Shown here piece after piece: positions 25,401 to 35,300 of a DNA stretch of 64,000 nt. Source of the stretch: Monocercomonoides exilis PA203 (Eukaryota > Protista > Preaxostyla); NCBI GenBank assembly GCA_001643675.2, contig LSRY02000016.1, positions 1,426,001 through 1,490,000 of the forward strand. The letters run 5' to 3'. A program made the position numbers and the translations under genes. Below the pieces are notes generated by a model, which saw only the letters and a list, made by a program, of their open reading frames with translations, was not told the origin of the DNA and did not search any database. Numbering within the stretch: position 1 is the first letter of the stretch; each line of letters opens with the position of its first letter.

Positions 25401-27211
25401 AAAGTGCATGAAATGATGTTCAATTGAGTATTCCCTTTTATCCGAGCAAAAACAGCACCTCCTCTGCTTCCATCAGCCAGCACAAAGCATCCATCAAAAA
25501 CATTCTCTTCGATATTAATTTGTGTTTTTGAATTTTCATCATTGCTATTATCGATGTTCACACAGCCTCCATTTCCAGTTGCTCTTTCTATTTCTGTAAA
25601 ATGGCAATTCGTCATGTTCAACCACGGAGTGATTATTAATTCTGCTTCTGTGCTGCTTCCTGACAACGAGATCAATGGATGTTCTTTCAAAGTGATTGAC
25701 GAAGCCGAGAATGTATCGATTGCTAACATCCCCGAGTCAACAGACAAGAATACAAATGCAATTTCAGATGAAGGACTTTGAAGGGTTAAAGAACAACGTG
25801 ATATGGCCATTGATGATGAAGAAGAAGAAATGAAAGTGGAATGTGAAAGAGAAGGAGGAAGGGAAAAGATGAGTTTTGATAATTCTGTTTCAACACTTGC
25901 TGAAATCATCGATGAATTGGATGTTTCACTTGAATCAGAGACTGTCCAACCACTTTCATCATCATTTCCTCGGATGCTGTGCTTCTGATCAGCAAAGGCC
26001 AATTCTTCGCTCATCAAAATCATTCCATTCACAACAACTTTCTTTGTTTCTGTTTGCCTTGTGAGTGAATGCTTCAAGGTCAAACAAGGGAATTGGACAA
26101 TTCCGCAATGCGAGTGATTGGATGCCTCAGTATTACTCACATGTATTTCTTCTGGTGTGGGAAGAAGATAGATGCACAGAGGGATGGCAACACTGTTGTT
26201 TCCACCATCATATCCTCTCACTTTGTCAAGAGAATCCAAAGAGGCTGTGACACATATGATTTTTTGTGACTTTGCAGTTTCTTCCAGATTTGGAGAAGTG
26301 ACAAAGATGTCATTTCCCCACTTGGCTGTGTTTGTGCCAAAGGAGGAAGAAATCAAGAAATCTGGGTTTTCAGTTAATAATTGAAGAAGGATTCCTCCGC
26401 CAAGTCCGTTGGATGCCGAGCAAAAGCAGCCATTAAACGACCCGTCTTTCACATTCACTTCATTTGCATCCCCAACACACAGCATTGTTGATCCTCCGTT
26501 CTCTGAACTTGTGCTCCCACACCCTTCAAATACACTTGAATTCAAATCAATAGTTGCCATGCCATTGGATAACGATATCACTGCTGATCCGCTGGTTGTT
26601 CTTTCAATCCCAACAAAGTCACACTCCGAAAGTGTCAATGAAACAGCACTTGTTGAAGAAAGCGAAAACAGTGAATTTATGGAAACCGTCTTTGCCCAAC
26701 TCACATGATCCATGCTCATCCTCCCATTTTGCATGCAAACCATTTCTGTGGAATAAGCTGTACCAGATTGGGGTGCGCTTCCAGCCGATATGTTCAGCCT
26801 GCTCACATCCATTTCTCCCTCGCCTGATATTTCGAACAACCTTGTTCTGCAATTGTTCTGGCGTGTTGGGTCGTGCACAAGAGCAAGGTCGCTGACAGAC
26901 AATGTGCCTGCTGAGACCGAAAAAAGAGACAAGCCTGCTGTTCCAAATTCTGTTTGCATCGTTGTGCTCGAATCACTTTGCCCGCATATTGTGAATGTGT
27001 TGACACCACAATCCACACTTTGTGTTTCGACAATTGTTCCTGCCAGTATTTTGATGTCTTTCACAACACCTGGAATCATCTGTGTCAGGCAATGGCTGAC
27101 TGTGTTGCAGGGATGGCTTTCATTGATGCCACATACAAATGCATCTCTTGCATTCTCCTGAGTTTGCTTCGATCCCACATATCTGATCCTTCCTCCTTCA
27201 TTCTGAAGCCA
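13215..27211. repeat. Large inverted repeat: arms 13215-19841 and 20585-27211 (6627 bp each), 743-bp spacer
   Basis: Mirror-image ORF tracks; paired coordinates sum to 40426 at both ends. Differences found: 3 SNPs in 13253-13264, two 1-nt indels and one silent SNP (19112/21314). Confidence 0.97.
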
Positions 27212-28789
27212 TTCACTTCGATCAGTTATTGAAGTTGTGGCATAGTTTGTACTCACTCGTATTCCAGTTTGGCGAGTTGATCGACAAGATTTGTCGATTG
27301 TATTTTCTTGTTGGGATACTAATAACACATCACATCCCCCATATATCCCGACATTATTATGGAAAAAGCAAAAAAATAAATTGATTTCTTTATTTTGATA
27401 TGTAATTTTCAAGCTGAGTCCACCTCCTCCATTCATGGCATAGTTATTTGCAAATAAGCAATTGCTAATGAGAGGAGAAATTGACATATCCCACATTTGA
27501 ATTCCTCCTCCAACTGGTGTTGATTCATTTGAAGTTGTGCAATTAACGAATGAACAATCAAGGATCTGATCCCCGTTTATTTGAGCTTCTTTTCGGTCAA
27601 TTGATAAGCCCCCTCCATCATTTCCAACGTAACAATCTTTGAATGAGCTGTTTTCAAGAGTGTAAGTTTTTTGCGGATTGAAGATGCAAATTGCTCCTCC
27701 GGCTTCATTGAAAGATTGATCTGGAGCTTGGCACCAGAGAAAGAAACAATGCTTGATTGAGATTTGTGAGATTGATTTTGTGCATATTGCTCCTCCTCGC
27801 CCACTCTGCGCAGTGTCATTTCTGAAATAGCACAATGAAAGAGTCAGTGTTGAAGCGCTGTTTCCTGATATGCAAATGGCTCCTCCATCTGTTGCGGAGG
27901 TGCAGTCCATCCATTCGCAATTTGTCATATTGATTGTGTCGGAGGTGTGAATTGTTGTTTGTTTGTCGTAATTGATGAGTTTGTTGATGTTGTTCAAGAA
28001 CGAAACGTTTCTGCACACCAACTCTTTTGATTTCTTCAAACCATTCATCACTGTTCCATCCAATGCATTTTCACATGCGAAAGCAACACAACTTTCCATC
28101 ATGCTTTTCTCAATCATGGTGAACTGACCATCAGTTTTTCCTGTATGTATTTGGTTATGAACGTTGGTGATATTGTTGAAAATTGAATTTTCATATGAGA
28201 ACAGATGACAATCTTCAATCTCAAACATTTTTCTTCCACAAAGGACGATATTCTGAAAAATGGACGAATCAATCAACAAAGATGAAGTTTCACCTTTCAC
28301 ATATCCAACTGATTCGACACTTTCTTGAAGAAGATTGATATCAATTGAAAAATTGTGTGCAACGAATGATGAACTTTGGATGTTCAACAACGATGCAAAT
28401 CTTGAAGGTTTTGTGACTTGACACGAAGAGACACAAACATTTGAATTGTCGAGTGCACAGATGAGATTAGAATGAAAAAATTGTTCAAAGAGAATGTTGC
28501 TGACAACTGTGGAAGAATTTGAAATAGTCCATTTGCACAAAAGTGAAGTGGAACCATTTCTTCGAAATGAATACTGCTTTTCAAAGCTGCCATTGTTTGT
28601 TAAGAATTCATCTTTGTGACTTTTGTGATAATAAAGCAAGCAATTGCCTTTCTCTTTGAATGTGTCTTCAATTATCTGAATATTGAAACATTGAGAAGAG
28701 TCATTTCCCACATAAATTTGATTGATGCTTTTGATATTTGCAGTTTTTGACAATGCCAAAAGAAGTGCAAAATTGAACAAAACTATCAT
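20993..28789 (-). CDS. Giant Cys-rich type-I membrane receptor (beta-helix/Pmp-like GGAI repeats, single TM, C-terminal TKL/TK-like pseudokinase), copy B, ~2598 aa, intact
   Basis: Signal peptide MIVLFNFALLLALS (ATG at 28789), GGA(I/V) and FxxN repeats, four CGx4-5PCx(T/S) modules, TM YLLLIVIIMAVVLLIVLAVSVVFIVRWRR, and kinase C-lobe motifs RWKAPE, FSVGMMLWECLT..PF, CL...P.ARPT. Confidence 0.9.
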   Translation of the reverse strand: MIVLFNFALLLALSKTANIKSINQIYVGNDSSQCFNIQIIEDTFKEKGNCLLYYHKSHKDEFLTNNGSFEKQYSFRRNGSTSLLCKWTISNSSTVVSNILFEQFFHSNLICALDNSNVCVSSCQVTKPSRFASLLNIQSSSFVAHNFSIDINLLQESVESVGYVKGETSSLLIDSSIFQNIVLCGRKMFEIEDCHLFSYENSIFNNITNVHNQIHTGKTDGQFTMIEKSMMESCVAFACENALDGTVMNGLKKSKELVCRNVSFLNNINKLINYDKQTTIHTSDTINMTNCEWMDCTSATDGGAICISGNSASTLTLSLCYFRNDTAQSGRGGAICTKSISQISIKHCFFLWCQAPDQSFNEAGGAICIFNPQKTYTLENSSFKDCYVGNDGGGLSIDRKEAQINGDQILDCSFVNCTTSNESTPVGGGIQMWDMSISPLISNCLFANNYAMNGGGGLSLKITYQNKEINLFFCFFHNNVGIYGGCDVLLVSQQENTIDKSCRSTRQTGIRVSTNYATTSITDRSEWLQNEGGRIRYVGSKQTQENARDAFVCGINESHPCNTVSHCLTQMIPGVVKDIKILAGTIVETQSVDCGVNTFTICGQSDSSTTMQTEFGTAGLSLFSVSAGTLSVSDLALVHDPTRQNNCRTRLFEISGEGEMDVSRLNISAGSAPQSGTAYSTEMVCMQNGRMSMDHVSWAKTVSINSLFSLSSTSAVSLTLSECDFVGIERTTSGSAVISLSNGMATIDLNSSVFEGCGSTSSENGGSTMLCVGDANEVNVKDGSFNGCFCSASNGLGGGILLQLLTENPDFLISSSFGTNTAKWGNDIFVTSPNLEETAKSQKIICVTASLDSLDKVRGYDGGNNSVAIPLCIYLLPTPEEIHVSNTEASNHSHCGIVQFPCLTLKHSLTRQTETKKVVVNGMILMSEELAFADQKHSIRGNDDESGWTVSDSSETSNSSMISASVETELSKLIFSLPPSLSHSTFISSSSSSMAISRCSLTLQSPSSEIAFVFLSVDSGMLAIDTFSASSITLKEHPLISLSGSSTEAELIITPWLNMTNCHFTEIERATGNGGCVNIDNSNDENSKTQINIEENVFDGCFVLADGSRGGAVFARIKGNTQLNIISCTFTRCTAPEEEGKTGLGGGMALTLVDDDSSFSISSPVFDASKPNVAKHGSDLFVESSNLTKSITNASLPFVLEHMADISLDSLSGFDGSDATNAIPLIYFWQTFGSEIFIGGNGKDVCICGLSDYPCLSIDYSLDRLPEGNDKSIHFIGKGILKKSVDLGDISISSDNTDMCSLECRSSIEGAEDEAMNILGISYFELIRFVLPSLFATGVNSLMHVGSSEGSLTLKDCSFAKNEESGEEDMINFGLIKADAGSVVFEFVTIQSLSFSCDIVSIASAASLAFRNLTMKNIQLEGGSGLCVARASTGGENVNAEADESVVVEWSTLEEVTQSAAGDIAMIRSTGIDPTKMVIRNTTIKKCGGSGCKNGGAALFRLNEGGYFDCLFSSITDCFCSSTGRGGGLFLECTSAAAEPAAFVLSNITFKDNAAYRGRDVYVKCRSIEAQIADGQFLLDFRAPFVKDLAIWGCTSDMYLDEEDLLKRIVKYQSETVFVSSAGDNHEDSKQCGGLDGPCSTLSEGLLHIIPSLFSQLLISSRTAILSRCNVLNVTIRSLESPSPAQVFLNSTIPHGSSVIATSEKVRIESLSFSVGSSFSFSGGTFISETNGQLYLSSVLFASEVPSNSIHPIAFNSALLSVESGLLLIDNCNISEISFEQPVFRLTGSSKVSLEKVGVKQVELSSNLFEVGECESVVIDDAAVDGVKSRNGSVISVCEDMSGVVSFGSSSIRNFSRDSFGACFLSSTSPSARINLSNCSCSNCVSLSKKGSIVDVSRALDISMHMCEFVGRQAISSSEESVCKWNGSLIQLSRAAALMKDVTISNSSSGGLSLAAGNMTIEKGEFNDNSPSMPKYPSLRRNIFCCDSASLAIGSLKGGDGVKDNTSLWIMSEDCSLKGAAQERSSPFFIPHLESASLAESGSNADIKFTGSLFLPCDLSFKLICTINDVELVERYPFDENSFASETEVVGTIPSAKLTSDSDGSELSTAIVFGRSSASTKSFILKNRSESEQKGGERLVEGGNEGKSYLLLIVIIMAVVLLIVLAVSVVFIVRWRRAKNENKDLREIVNDNIRKDPKAFEMVTMEMSPEEQWRRAENEAEKKNDERIKKRVYEKNLGHSESSEHLLSESGSTEYILGRDLDKIPEWALEKDEEEEIRKRTPSPSISSTSTTDTSDTDSTFVRGEDLCPTTSSMSNLVDAMACSSPHEKLIVDLRDSLFMLLHGLNKTKEMAIGSLKEREQTAAQILFWVANLALHSFDEMENELSSLANLSPHIVLFSEHMVICIALHSDCSSDSDTSSVSSASTIATSSSDVSVKSERFTKSPPPSSAFEDEDDNRKECMRWKAPELLINKKMGATKESVAFSVGMMLWECLTLNIPFGEYEAEIAGQKIVNGERPFMGITEKNPFSGCILSCLDSNAPARPTLVGLKREFIQHFPAGAAVLTMSDSIGYAYSSSNGSRHKASGTESEGSGSGSVL

Positions 28790-30141
28790 TGAAGAATTAT
28801 GGTTCGAAAGAAAGTGTTTTTTATATTTTGTGTCATTTTTTATTTCATTTATAAGAAAACGCAATGATTCAATATATTGATATAAAAAAGCATTTGCTTT
28901 TCAAAATAAGCTTTTTTCTCACAAATTTTAAAATTCGGTGTTTCCAACTTTATTTATTGATCTGAATAATTGGATAATTTTTTGGTACATAGTCATGGAC
29001 AAAACCGGGGAAAGGGACAAAACCCGGGAATGTCCAATCAATTGAAGAGTTTTTTTAAATTTGACTCAACTTCCTGATTTCTTTTATATTGAATCAACAG
29101 AAATTAATATATATTTGAAGAAAACGTTCATGCAATGTTTTTAAATAAGTTTTTCTTAATTGTGGTATGAAACGAGAATTCAAAACACAGATAGAAAAGA
29201 AACTTTCGCATATGTGATTCAATGTTCAAATAATTTAACAAACTGAACATAATACAAAAGATAAATTGCAAAACAAATTTGTATGAAATGGAATGTCACT
29301 ATAAGTCGAAATAGAATTGTTTTTCCCACTTTGTATCAGGAACGAGTCTTCGTTGGTGATGGTCAATCCAACAATATTTCTCAACAGTTCTTTTTTGTTA
29401 TCAACCGCTTCCGTTGATTATTATTTTCCATATTACGAAATCATAAAGTATTCTGATCTTTGAAGACAGTTTTGAAAGGCCGTTGCATCATTTAATTGAT
29501 TAAGGAGCAATCAGCAAACACTCCGAAAAATAAAGTTGCATTGGGATGGAGTTGTAATGAATGAAATATTGGATTTTCTTTATCTTGTCGATCTATGATG
29601 AAATTGTCATCAGATTTTCACAAATATACTCAAGTTTTATCAAAATTCAACATCAGATCTGAACTGATTCTTTTTTGTTATCATCACATCACACATCAAT
29701 GAAAAAGGTGACTAAATGTTTGCTGAAGAGTATATCAGTTACCGTTTTATGTCTATAAATTTAGGTTTTGACATTTGTTATTCATTGCTTCTTTGAATGA
29801 ATTGTCTGGCCCATTTTTCATCAATCTCTTTGATTTCTCTGTTGTCATATTCATTTCGATTTTTTCACTTCATAACATTCTCGGCCTGATAACATATGGT
29901 GAAAAAAGCTCAAAAATATGATTTGAATTTAAGGAAAACAATTCTTATGCTGTCTTTGAATGGAATTTTTTCTGCAGAAAAAAATAGAGTCTTTGCAAAG
30001 TCTTGTTCTTCTTCTATTTCCTCGTTATAAAATTTATATTTCTTTTCATTATGTTATTGATCTCTTCCCTTTTTCAATGAAGAGAGATGTCGATATAGCG
30101 CAGAAGAAGAGAGCAAAACAGACAAAATGATCCTTTTGCGC

Positions 30142-30144
<3 letters not shown>

Positions 30145-30187
<43 letters not shown>
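30145..30187. repeat. Poly-T tract (43 nt)
   Basis: Directly visible inside the transposon. Confidence 0.9.
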
Positions 30188-30191
<4 letters not shown>

Positions 30192-30286
30192 AAAGAAAAT
30201 TAATTTTTTCAACTTTTGATTTAAATCTTCGAACTTCTACGGTTGCAAAAACTTTTGAAAGTTCCGTTTAAGAAGTGAAAGAAGAC

Positions 30287-30496
30287 GTGGCTGATCCTTT
30301 TTGAAATCACACTTTCGTTCGAGTTTTGATCAAAAATTTTGTCTCAGTGGGATTTGTCTCAAAATTTGATTTTGCAATAGAAATATCATGAACAACATCA
30401 GTACCCAATAACAACTTATTATGTCATTAATCCCATTGAGAAGAAATTTTTGATCAAAACTCGAACGAAAGTATGATTTCAAAAAGAATCAGCCAC
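30287..30496. mobile_element. Nested foldback MITE with TIR related to family A
   Basis: GTGGCTGATCCTTTTTGAAATCACACTTTCGTTCGAGTTTTGATCAAAAATTT pairs with AAATTTTTGATCAAAACTCGAACGAAAGTATGATTTCAAAAAGAATCAGCCAC. Confidence 0.8.
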
Positions 30497-30724
30497 ATAT
30501 TGCATGAAAAAGTCAGCATTGTGGTTTTGTGATCATTTCATTCAATAAAAATTATTCTGTAATTCTTAATAACAAAAAAAAAGATATCATCTAATAATTG
30601 AAGAGCGTTAGAAAAGTGAATGCTATTTTCAATATCAAAGACATCTATTCACTTTTTCTTTTTTGAGTTTTTCATTGCACACTTACGAGTTTTGTCACTT
30701 TCCCGGGTTATGTCCATGACTATA

Positions 30725-30966
30725 TGGGTAAAACTTTATGAAAAGTCGCAAATGTTTAATTCAAAAATTGAATTAAAAATTCATTTTTTGATTAAATTTC
30801 TATTTTCATTCATAAAACTTCACTAACATGGAATCTCTTTCTTGATAATGCTATTTCATGAATTGGAAAGAAGATTCGTGAATGAAAACAGAAATTTGAG
30901 CAAAATAAGAAATTTTTGATTTTTTTGAAAATTTTACATTTGTGACTTTTCAAAAAGAATCACCCA
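30725..30966. mobile_element. MITE family A (242 bp), inverted relative to 441-682
   Basis: The right TIR CATTTGTGACTTTTCAAAAAGAATCACCCA is identical to the copy at 653-682 and the left TIR is degenerate. TA flanks. Confidence 0.85.
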
Positions 30967-30970
30967 TATA

Positions 30971-31149
30971 TGGGGCAAATTTTTTTGATTTATGAATTTT
31001 GTTCCATTCTTCTCTTACAAATATTTTTCTCAATTTTTGAATTTTTCTGTAATTATTCACATTGTTTCGGTTAATTTATAATGAAATGATTGTAGAAAAA
31101 GTTTGGAACAATTCTCAGTTTTTTTCATAATTGCAAAAATTTTGCCCCA
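30971..31149. mobile_element. MITE family B (179 bp)
   Basis: TIR TGGGGCAAATTTTT / AAAAATTTTGCCCCA with TA on both sides. Confidence 0.8.
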
Positions 31150-32304
31150 TATTGTTTTTAAGTTGGCTAAAAGGAACGAGTGGCTTGTCTATTAGGTTTT
31201 TGCTACAGATCGACTTTTGAAAAAGGCACTCGACGTATTGACAAAAAAGATAGACAAATAACCTCAAAATTTCTTTTTATAGCAAAAAAATTGCGTGGTC
31301 CAATATTTTTTGTTTATAAGTTTAAGAAAGTGTTAATTAATAAATTTTATTTATTTTTTTAAATATAATAATAGTCTTCATTTCATTCACATGAAATTGT
31401 TTTTTATTCCAATTTTATAATCAACAAAACATTCTTCACAATAAAACAAAGATTCAAACAAACAGTGCAAGTTATTTTCTTTCCAAAAAATAATGAAATG
31501 TTGTAATATTCAAACGTTCTGCCTTTGTTCAATTTTTTTTTCCAGATTTAACATTCAGGAGCGATTCTTGGAACTCTCAGAAAATTACGATCGTGAATTG
31601 TTTTAATTGAAAAAATTTCACATTTTCACATCTTCAAAAACGAAAAATGCTTAAGGATTGTGATTTTTTGTGTAATCAACATGCATATATACGAAAAGAA
31701 ATTTGCAAGCGTACTTCATTTCAGTTATTAAATGAAAAATTTTCAAATTTAAATAAATGAAAAAATACTAAAAATTAAAATTTTCTCCCCCTTGAATGAA
31801 ATGTGCTCAATTGAAAGAGAATGCTTTAACGTTAAGAGACATTCTCATTTTTGGTTAGATGATAAGATGTTTAAGAAATTATCATTTCTTCACCAGCCAT
31901 CATCATTGCGGAAATCGCATTCTGTTTAGCTATTTTGTATGAGTTTCTATCTTTCAAATAATTCAACATTTGTCAATTTATCAATGTTCTGGATCGACTT
32001 TGTTGGCAGCGCAATATTCTGCTTTTGTGCGGGTAAATTCGCAAATTAATCAAGCTCTCGATTAAAATGCCCCAGCAGTTATTTGAAAATATTTAATTCA
32101 AAAGGTGTCTCTTTTTGTGTAAATTACATTTAGAATTCTCTATCACTCTCGTTTTATATGTTACGATTTTGAAGGAGTCAATCCAATCAATCATGATTCT
32201 TCAAGAATTCTTCTTTTTCATTCATTCTTCTATCTATCTTTCTTTCTTTCTTTCCTTTCTTCCTTTTGTTTCTCTCTCATTTTTCTCTCTCTCTCTTCTC
32301 TCTT

Positions 32305-35300
32305 TCAATTTGCCCCCGATGCCCCAGGCAGCAGCGACAGGTAGAACTGCGTCAAGCTCTCCACCACCCCGTCTTTCGTCGCCTGTATCAACAGCTGCGC
32401 TGCCTGCGGGGGAAGCGCCAGCGTCGTCACGAGGCTCGTGCTCACATTCTCCACAAAGGGAGCAAAGCGCTTCCCTGCCTCTGCATGCCACTCCGCGCAG
32501 TCCACACACAGAAGTCTGCTGTTCGAGTCTGCGTGGAACGCCGGCCACGTTGTGACTGCCTGCATCACTGCTGGGTGCACCACATTGCACAGAAACGTGC
32601 ACAGCCCAGCCTGCTCGCCCCAGAGGATGGTGAGGGTGCGCATCACTTCAGCCACCCCGCGGCGCACGGCGAGGATGGCTGGCATCGCGCCGCAGATGGA
32701 GATGACGTGGGAGGCGGTGCAGAAGGAGCCGCTGGGGGGTGATATGGAAGAAGACGAGGAAGAAGAAGCAGAAGCAGAAGCAGAAGCAGTAGAAGCTGAG
32801 GAAGAGGAGGAAGAAGAAGAACCGTGTGTGGATGTTAAACAGATCGATTCGACACCCATCCATTGCGGGGAGCCATAGCAGAGGCAGTAAGCCAGCGTTT
32901 GCAGTGTTGGTACGAGAAACGGAGTGACAGCTGAGTCGCCGACGAGGAACTGGAAGACAGACGGGGCATATTCTTTGACGGTGGTGAAGAACTGGACAAA
33001 AGCACAGACGACACTGTTGCGCTCGCGCTCTGTCTCGGAGGATGTGGAGAGATAAGACTGGGTGCCTGAGGAAGGAGTAGGGGCTGTGTGGTTGATGAAG
33101 GAGAAAAAGAAAGATTGAGTGTTTTTAATTATCCATTGGTTTTGTAATGAATGGAAACAAATGTACAAGTTAATACATTGAGTTTATATAAAAACAGAAA
33201 GAATCAAATAAAACAATGATCAAACAATAATAAATAAATAAATAAATAAAAAATTATATCTCCAAACCATCCGGCTTCACAATCGGCAGTATCCTCCTCG
33301 CGACCACTGGCCATATCTGAGTTAGTGTCGGCACCAGCATCTCCTTCATCCGCTGTGCGTAATGCCCCATCAGCAGCAGGCTCTCCCGCAACACCGCCGC
33401 ATCCGATGCCTCTGCCATGAGCGAGTCCACCACCGCCGTCAGCGCAGCCCCGCAGTGCACCCCAATCACATCCCGCATCCGGCGGAAGAAGAACAAGCAC
33501 TTCAGCTTCAGCTCATTTGAGTGTGTGTTCTGAGTGACAGAGACGATCGCTTGCGCGGCGGGGAGGCAGGCAGCTCGCATTTCGGCGCTGGCGTTGCTGC
33601 CGATCTCCTTTGTGATGATTCCAAGTGCGGTCACACTGAAACTCAAAGCAGGCATGTTCAAGGTGGCTTGCTCGGATTTGTCAATGGAGGAAGAAGAAGA
33701 GGAAGAGGAGGAAGAAGAAGCTGATGATGATGTAGCTGCTGAAGGTGAAGTGGAAGAAGCCGATCTCAAACTCGCTAGTTTTTGCGCTGATTCGTTCACA
33801 ACTTGCACAGGAAGTGCGATCAAATGCTGCAAACACCTCAGTTTCAGCCCAGCGTCGAGCGTTGGGGAAGACAGGAGAACACCAGCTGCTCCATAAATGT
33901 TGACAACAAGGTCGTATTCGCTCTCCTTTGTTGGATGGGCGCCGTCGACGAAGTTGATGAGGGCTTGCAGGATGGAGGTTTCATTGGCTGCTAAGGGGCG
34001 AGGAGGAAGAGAAGAGGAAGCAGAAGAGGAAGAAGCAGAGGAGGAAGAGGAGGCGGAGGAGGAAGAAGGTGAAATGGAAGAAGGTGAAGTGGAATTTGAC
34101 ATATTTTGAGAAGCAGAAGAAGACGGTGAAGTGTTTGAAGAAGAAGAAGAAGAAGAAGGCGCATAATCCATCCCAGAGCCAAACACATCCTCTTTCTTCT
34201 TCTTCGGCTGGTTCGCCTGCACTTTCTGAATGTTCCTCTTTGTCAGCCTTGAAAACGCCAATGTTAATGAAGCTTTCTCCATTCCAACACCAGAATCAAA
34301 CAGAGAAGAAGAGGAAGAATTTGAAGAAGCAGAAGAAGAAGCTGTGCCTTGCCTCGCAATTTGATGCATATTCTGCTTTGGCGAAAGCGCTTTCACGATT
34401 TTTTCGAGGAAGAAAGACGCTCTTAATGCAACTGAGTGGTTGCTGTTGTGAATGCCCGGGGCTCCCAAGAGAACAGGAATGATCTGTGCGAGTATATCGC
34501 TGTGATTCGCATACACCGCCGTCATCTTCTGCAGCGCTTCAAAGAACTTCCACCCGACCAGCCTGGAGGGATGCTGCGGGAAAGGCAAGGAAAGCACAGT
34601 GGAAACCGCACTGCAGATGAGCGAGTCTCTCTTTGTGAGCTCTTCGGGCGTGGCGACAGGGGCGACGCAGCACAAAGAGCAGAGTCCCAGCTCAATCGCA
34701 GGGACTGTCTGGAAGCAGTCACAGAGGATGATGCTATTTGAACGGAAAGAGGAGGAGCAATTGGCAGAGATTGAAGCAGAAGCAGGAGAGGTAGAAGAAG
34801 CAGCAGAAGCAGAGGAAACTGGAGATGGGGCTGGATAAGGCGCAGGGGTGGTGGAGAAAAGAGAAGACAAGCCAGGTGAGACAGCTGGCTGTGGTGGTGT
34901 GTGTGACGAAGAATGCACAGATACACACGCATTCATTAGCTGGATCGCCTGCTGCAGACAGCGGTTCATCCAGTTTCGGATTGCCAGCCCATCCACTTTG
35001 CCCACGCCAACCACTATCCGCTCCATCTCCCACCTGACTCGCACAAACTTGCCCCATTCATCAGCATCGTCCACTTCATCATCGCCATCTCCTCCTCCTC
35101 CTCCTCCTCCGCTCCCTCCACTCCCTCCTCCTCCACCTGAATCCTCCAACCCTTCTGAGTCTTCTCCCCCGCCCATTCCAACGCCTGCCGAGAACGGAGA
35201 CATCGACATCTGCGCAGACAGAGCCATTCTCGAGCCAGCAGCGTCGAGTATCGAAGGAGCACATGCTAACAGCCTCAGCACATTCTGAGTTGCTAATCCG

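Larger units (their letters stand above)
28988..30724 (-). mobile_element. pogo/Tc1-like DNA transposon with decayed transposase
   Basis: ~36-bp TIRs ATAGTCATGGACAAAACCGGGGAAAGGGACAAAAC (28989) and GTTTTGTCACTTTCCCGGGTTATGTCCATGACTAT (ending 30723), with TA on the left flank. Minus-strand relic peptides DEKWARQFIQR (CENP-B-type HTH-like, ~29800) and DLMLNFDKT (first catalytic Asp motif, ~29640). Confidence 0.7.

Noticed and set aside
30145-30187. Poly-T as the tail of a retroposed element
   Set aside because: No target-site duplication or retroelement/processed-gene body could be identified next to it.
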